Positions 60,899 through 64,000 of a DNA stretch of 64,000 bases are shown here, piece by piece. The notes under the pieces were generated by a model. That model was not told the DNA's origin. It ran no database searches and worked only from the letters and a program-made list of their open reading frames with translations. Location: the NCBI GenBank assembly GCA_963752285.1, contig CAVVXN010000005.1, positions 1,120,001-1,184,000 on the forward strand. The letters run 5' to 3'. The stretch's first letter is position 1, and every line of letters starts with the position of its first letter. The position numbers and the translations under genes were made by a program. The stretch comes from an uncultured Planctomycetota bacterium. GTDB lineage: Bacteria > Planctomycetota > PLA2 > JAEUHO01.

Positions 60899-61020
60899 AC
60901 CGCGCGCACGCCACGCCTCGCACGCCACCGGCACGCACCCGACCGGGCCGCTGCCCGCACCCGAAGGGCCCGCCCGTGAACGACGGTCACCCCTTCCACT
61001 CGCCTTCACGCCGTCTGCGG

Positions 61021-61100
61021 ACCCGAGGATCCGACGACCCGAGGACCCGAGGACCCGAGGACGCGAGGACGCGAGGACCCGAGGACCCGACGATCGAACG
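61021..61100 (+). repeat. 10 x 8-bp tandem repeat, consensus ACCCGAGG
   Basis: acccgagg atccgacg acccgagg acccgagg acccgagg acgcgagg acgcgagg acccgagg acccgacg atcgaacg. Confidence 0.9.
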
Positions 61101-61244
61101 ACGTCACGAACGAACAATGCAAAGACACCTGCCCGGACGACCGATCCAGGGTTCCAGGAGGACCCTCGGGTCCCGATCGAGGAGCCGCCGGCTCGCGAGA
61201 GGGACCCGATCGGGAGGATCGGCGGTCGGGAGGAGGAACCCCGG

Positions 61245-61850
61245 ATGAACTACACCCCGAAACAGCTCGAGATCATGCGCTTCATCCGCGAGTACCGGAT
61301 GGAGCACGAGACCTCCCCGACGCTCGAGGAGATCGGACAGTCCCTCGGCGTGCATCGGGTGACCGTCCACCAGCACGTGGCCGCGCTCGTCAAGAAGGGC
61401 GCGATCCGCAAGCTCCCCCAGCGCTCCCGGTCGATCGAGATCCTCGACCGCGACTACCTCCCGCAGCCGACGGTCAAGCTCCTCGGGCGCATCGCCGCCG
61501 GCCGGCCGATCGAGGCCGTAGAGGAACCCGAGCCCTTCACCTTCGAGGAGCTCCTGCCGTTCGAGCCGGGCGACGACGTGTACATGCTTCGCGTGGTCGG
61601 CGACTCGATGGTCGAGGACCACATCACCGACGGCGACCTCGTGCTCGTCGAGCGCGGCGCGAACCCGCGCGACGGAGACATCGTCGTCGCCGTGGTCGAC
61701 GGCGAGGCCACGTTGAAGCGTCTCCACCACGAGCCGGGCGGTGTGATCCGCCTCCAGCCGGCGAACCACACGCTCGAGCCGATCTACGTACGCCCGCCGG
61801 AGACGCTCGAGGTGCGCGGCATCGTCCGCGGGGTGCTGCGCCGCTACTGA
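61245..61850 (+). CDS. lexA: SOS repressor LexA
   Basis: TPKQLEI wHTH, SPTLEEIG, IAAGRP cleavage site, GDSM Ser, ATLKR Lys; GGAGGAGG RBS. Confidence 0.95.
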   Translation: MNYTPKQLEIMRFIREYRMEHETSPTLEEIGQSLGVHRVTVHQHVAALVKKGAIRKLPQRSRSIEILDRDYLPQPTVKLLGRIAAGRPIEAVEEPEPFTFEELLPFEPGDDVYMLRVVGDSMVEDHITDGDLVLVERGANPRDGDIVVAVVDGEATLKRLHHEPGGVIRLQPANHTLEPIYVRPPETLEVRGIVRGVLRRY

Positions 61851-61858
61851 GCCCGCGC

Positions 61859-62857
61859 TCAGCGGAGCGTGGCCTCCACCTCGAACGCCTGTCCGCCGCG
61901 CAGGAAGCGCACGCGAACCGCGGCGCCGCGCGCCCGCGACCAGACCACGCGTTGGAGGTCGCTCGCGCGCGGGGTCGGAACCCCGTCCACCGACACGACG
62001 ACGTCGCCCGCCCGCAGGCCCGCGTCGCGGGCCGCCGACGTACGGTGGAACCGGGTCACCTCCAGACCGGCGACGGCGCCGCGCGTCGAGGCCTCGATCT
62101 CCCGGACCACGAGGCCGAGCGAGGGCCTGCTCGCGTCCCCGCTCTGGATACGCTCGACCGCGTCCACCACCACGTCGATCGGCGTCGCGAGGGCCACGCC
62201 CTCGCTCTTCCCCGTACGGGAGAGGATCGCCGTCATCACGCCGACGACCCGGCCGTCCGCGTCCACGAGCGGCCCCCCGGAGTTCCCGAGGTTCGTCGCG
62301 GCGTCGGTCTGAATGAAATCCTCGTAGCCCTTCGGGTTCACCCCGACGCCCGAGCGACCGAGCCCGCTCACGATCCCGGCCGACCACGAAAAGGCGAGAC
62401 GGAACGGGCTCCCCCCGGCGAGGACCCACGCCCCCTTGCGGAGCGCCTGCGGGTCGCCGACGGGCATCGGGACGAGGTCGCGGGCCGCGACCCGGAGCAG
62501 GGCGACGTCGGTCACGTCGTCGGTCCCCACGATGCTCGCCGGGAGCGTGCCCCGCCCCGGCAGCGTCACGAACACCTCGTGCGCGCCGCTCACGACGTGC
62601 CGGCTCGTCACCACGAACCCGTCCGGACGCAGCACGAAGCCGGCCCCGATCCCGTCGTCGCGGGACGCCGGCTCCCGATCGCCCTCGCGCGTGCTCACGT
62701 ACGCGAGCCCCGGGTCCAGCCGACGGACGACGTCCTCGAAATCGGGGCGGCCTTCGGCGCCGCGCGCGGGCGCGGCGTGGCCGCCGCCGCCCGCGAGCCA
62801 ACCCGCCGTGAGCGCGGCGAGCATGGTGAAGACGGATCGCGCGCCCCGCGTCGTCAT
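61859..62857 (-). CDS. HtrA/DegP-like trypsin serine protease with PDZ domain
   Basis: GAGF, TSRHVV, DVALL, FIQTDAATNLGNSGGPL, AGLRAGDVV. Confidence 0.92.
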   Translation of the reverse strand: MTTRGARSVFTMLAALTAGWLAGGGGHAAPARGAEGRPDFEDVVRRLDPGLAYVSTREGDREPASRDDGIGAGFVLRPDGFVVTSRHVVSGAHEVFVTLPGRGTLPASIVGTDDVTDVALLRVAARDLVPMPVGDPQALRKGAWVLAGGSPFRLAFSWSAGIVSGLGRSGVGVNPKGYEDFIQTDAATNLGNSGGPLVDADGRVVGVMTAILSRTGKSEGVALATPIDVVVDAVERIQSGDASRPSLGLVVREIEASTRGAVAGLEVTRFHRTSAARDAGLRAGDVVVSVDGVPTPRASDLQRVVWSRARGAAVRVRFLRGGQAFEVEATLR

Positions 62858-62879
62858 GTCCACTCCTCTCCCGGTCCGG

Positions 62880-64000
62880 CTACGTCCCGCCGGACTCCCC
62901 GTACTGCTCGAGCTTGCGGTAGAGCGTGCGGAGGCCGATGCCCAGGATCCGCGCCGCCGCGGTCTTGTTGCCGTCCGTGCGCCGGAGCGTGTCGAGGATG
63001 ATGCGTCGCTCCGCCTCGGGAAGCGAGGTGCCCGCCGGGATCCGCAACGCGTCGTCCGCTTCCGGGAGGTCCTCCACGCGCGAGCGCCCGCCCACCTCGA
63101 CGGGCAACGCCTCGGGCCCGATCTCGGTCCCGTCCGAGAGCACGAGCGCGGCCTCCACGACGTTCTCGAGCTCGCGAACGTTGCCGGGCCAGTCGTAGCC
63201 CACGAGGAGTTCCAGCGCGGCCTTCGAGAACCCCACCACCTGCGTCCGCTCGTGGCGCGCGCCGTAGAGGACGCGGAAGTGCTCCGCCAGCGCCGGGATG
63301 TCTTCGCGCCGCTCGCGCAGCGGCGGCATCCGGATCGTGATCACCTTCAGGCGGAAGTAGAAGTCCTCGCGGAACGTCCCCTTCCGGACCCGCTCTTCGA
63401 GGTCCGCGTTCGTGGCCGCCACCAGGCGGACGTCCACGGGTCGGGTCGTGGACTCGCCGACGCGTTCGATCTCCCGGTTCTGGAGGACGCGCAGCAGCTT
63501 CACCTGCGTGTGCAGCGGCACCTCGCCGACCTCGTCGAGGAACATCGTCCCCTCGTTCGCCGCCTCGAACCGGCCCGCGCGATCGGCGACCGCGCCCGTG
63601 AACGACCCCTTCACATGACCGAAGAGCTCGCTCTCGAGCACGCCCTCGGGGAGCGCCGCGCAGTTCACCTTCACGAACGGCCCCTTGGCCCGCGCACTCG
63701 CCCGGTGGATCGTCTCGGCCACGAGCTCCTTGCCCGTCCCGCTCTCGCCGAGGATCAGGATCGTGGCGTTCGTCGGCGCGGCCTTCGCCACGACGTGGAA
63801 CAAGTCCCGGATGGCCGGCGCCTTGCCGACGAACCCCGCCGGCGCGCCCTCGCGCTCCAGCTCCGCGACGTAGGCGGCGCGCGCGGGGGCGAGCGCCCGG
63901 CTCTTCAGGGCCGACGCGACGACCGCCCGAAGCCGTCTGAGGTCCAGCGGCTTCTCGAGGAAGTCGTACGCGCCGTCGCGCATCGCGCGCACGGCCTTCT
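62880..64000 (-). CDS. sigma54-dependent response regulator (5' end outside the window)
   Basis: GAYDFLEKP, GESGTGKE, ESELFGH..GSFTGA, HTH ILGIGLRTLYRKL. Confidence 0.92.
   Translation of the reverse strand, partial: KAVRAMRDGAYDFLEKPLDLRRLRAVVASALKSRALAPARAAYVAELEREGAPAGFVGKAPAIRDLFHVVAKAAPTNATILILGESGTGKELVAETIHRASARAKGPFVKVNCAALPEGVLESELFGHVKGSFTGAVADRAGRFEAANEGTMFLDEVGEVPLHTQVKLLRVLQNREIERVGESTTRPVDVRLVAATNADLEERVRKGTFREDFYFRLKVITIRMPPLRERREDIPALAEHFRVLYGARHERTQVVGFSKAALELLVGYDWPGNVRELENVVEAALVLSDGTEIGPEALPVEVGGRSRVEDLPEADDALRIPAGTSLPEAERRIILDTLRRTDGNKTAAARILGIGLRTLYRKLEQYGESGGT

Noticed and set aside
61095..61116. Canonical SOS box upstream of lexA
   Set aside because: GAAC-N8-GAAC does not fit GAAC-N7-GAAC or GAAC-N4-GTTC, and no CTGT-N8-ACAG was seen.
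60321..61850. 509-aa LexA as the annotated product
   Set aside because: A strong RBS and a canonical N-terminus support the start at 61245; the extension is low-complexity. It is kept only as a hypothesis in findings.

Overview
Very GC-rich bacterial chromosomal window. The gene content points to a Planctomycetota-like organism (inference). It is mostly housekeeping and envelope genes: rpsU, a type II secretion cluster (gspD-E-F-G plus three minor pseudopilins), serS, mqnA, a membrane-fused nadD, miaA, a PafB-like WYL regulator, MATE, ald, tRNA-Val(GAC), a sigma54/two-component/c-di-GMP signalling block, a Gfo/DegT sugar pair, pcnB, an 8-PASTA protein, sucCD, ribE, trmD, rplS, yraN, a PTS IIA, large PQQ/PDZ and TPR proteins, lexA and an HtrA-like protease. 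I saw no transposase, integrase, cas gene or CRISPR array. The most striking non-coding structure is five 149-bp tandem units fused to tRNA-Val. Each unit repeats the tRNA 3' end (including CCA) and also carries an inverted copy of the tRNA T-arm, and the last unit has an apparent compensatory base change. The second is a ~1-kb repeat-rich, structured region upstream of lexA. Most very long Arg/Pro/Gly-rich ORFs in the supplied track are off-frame shadows. All protein calls come from motif recognition by eye, not database searches, and start codons are best estimates.
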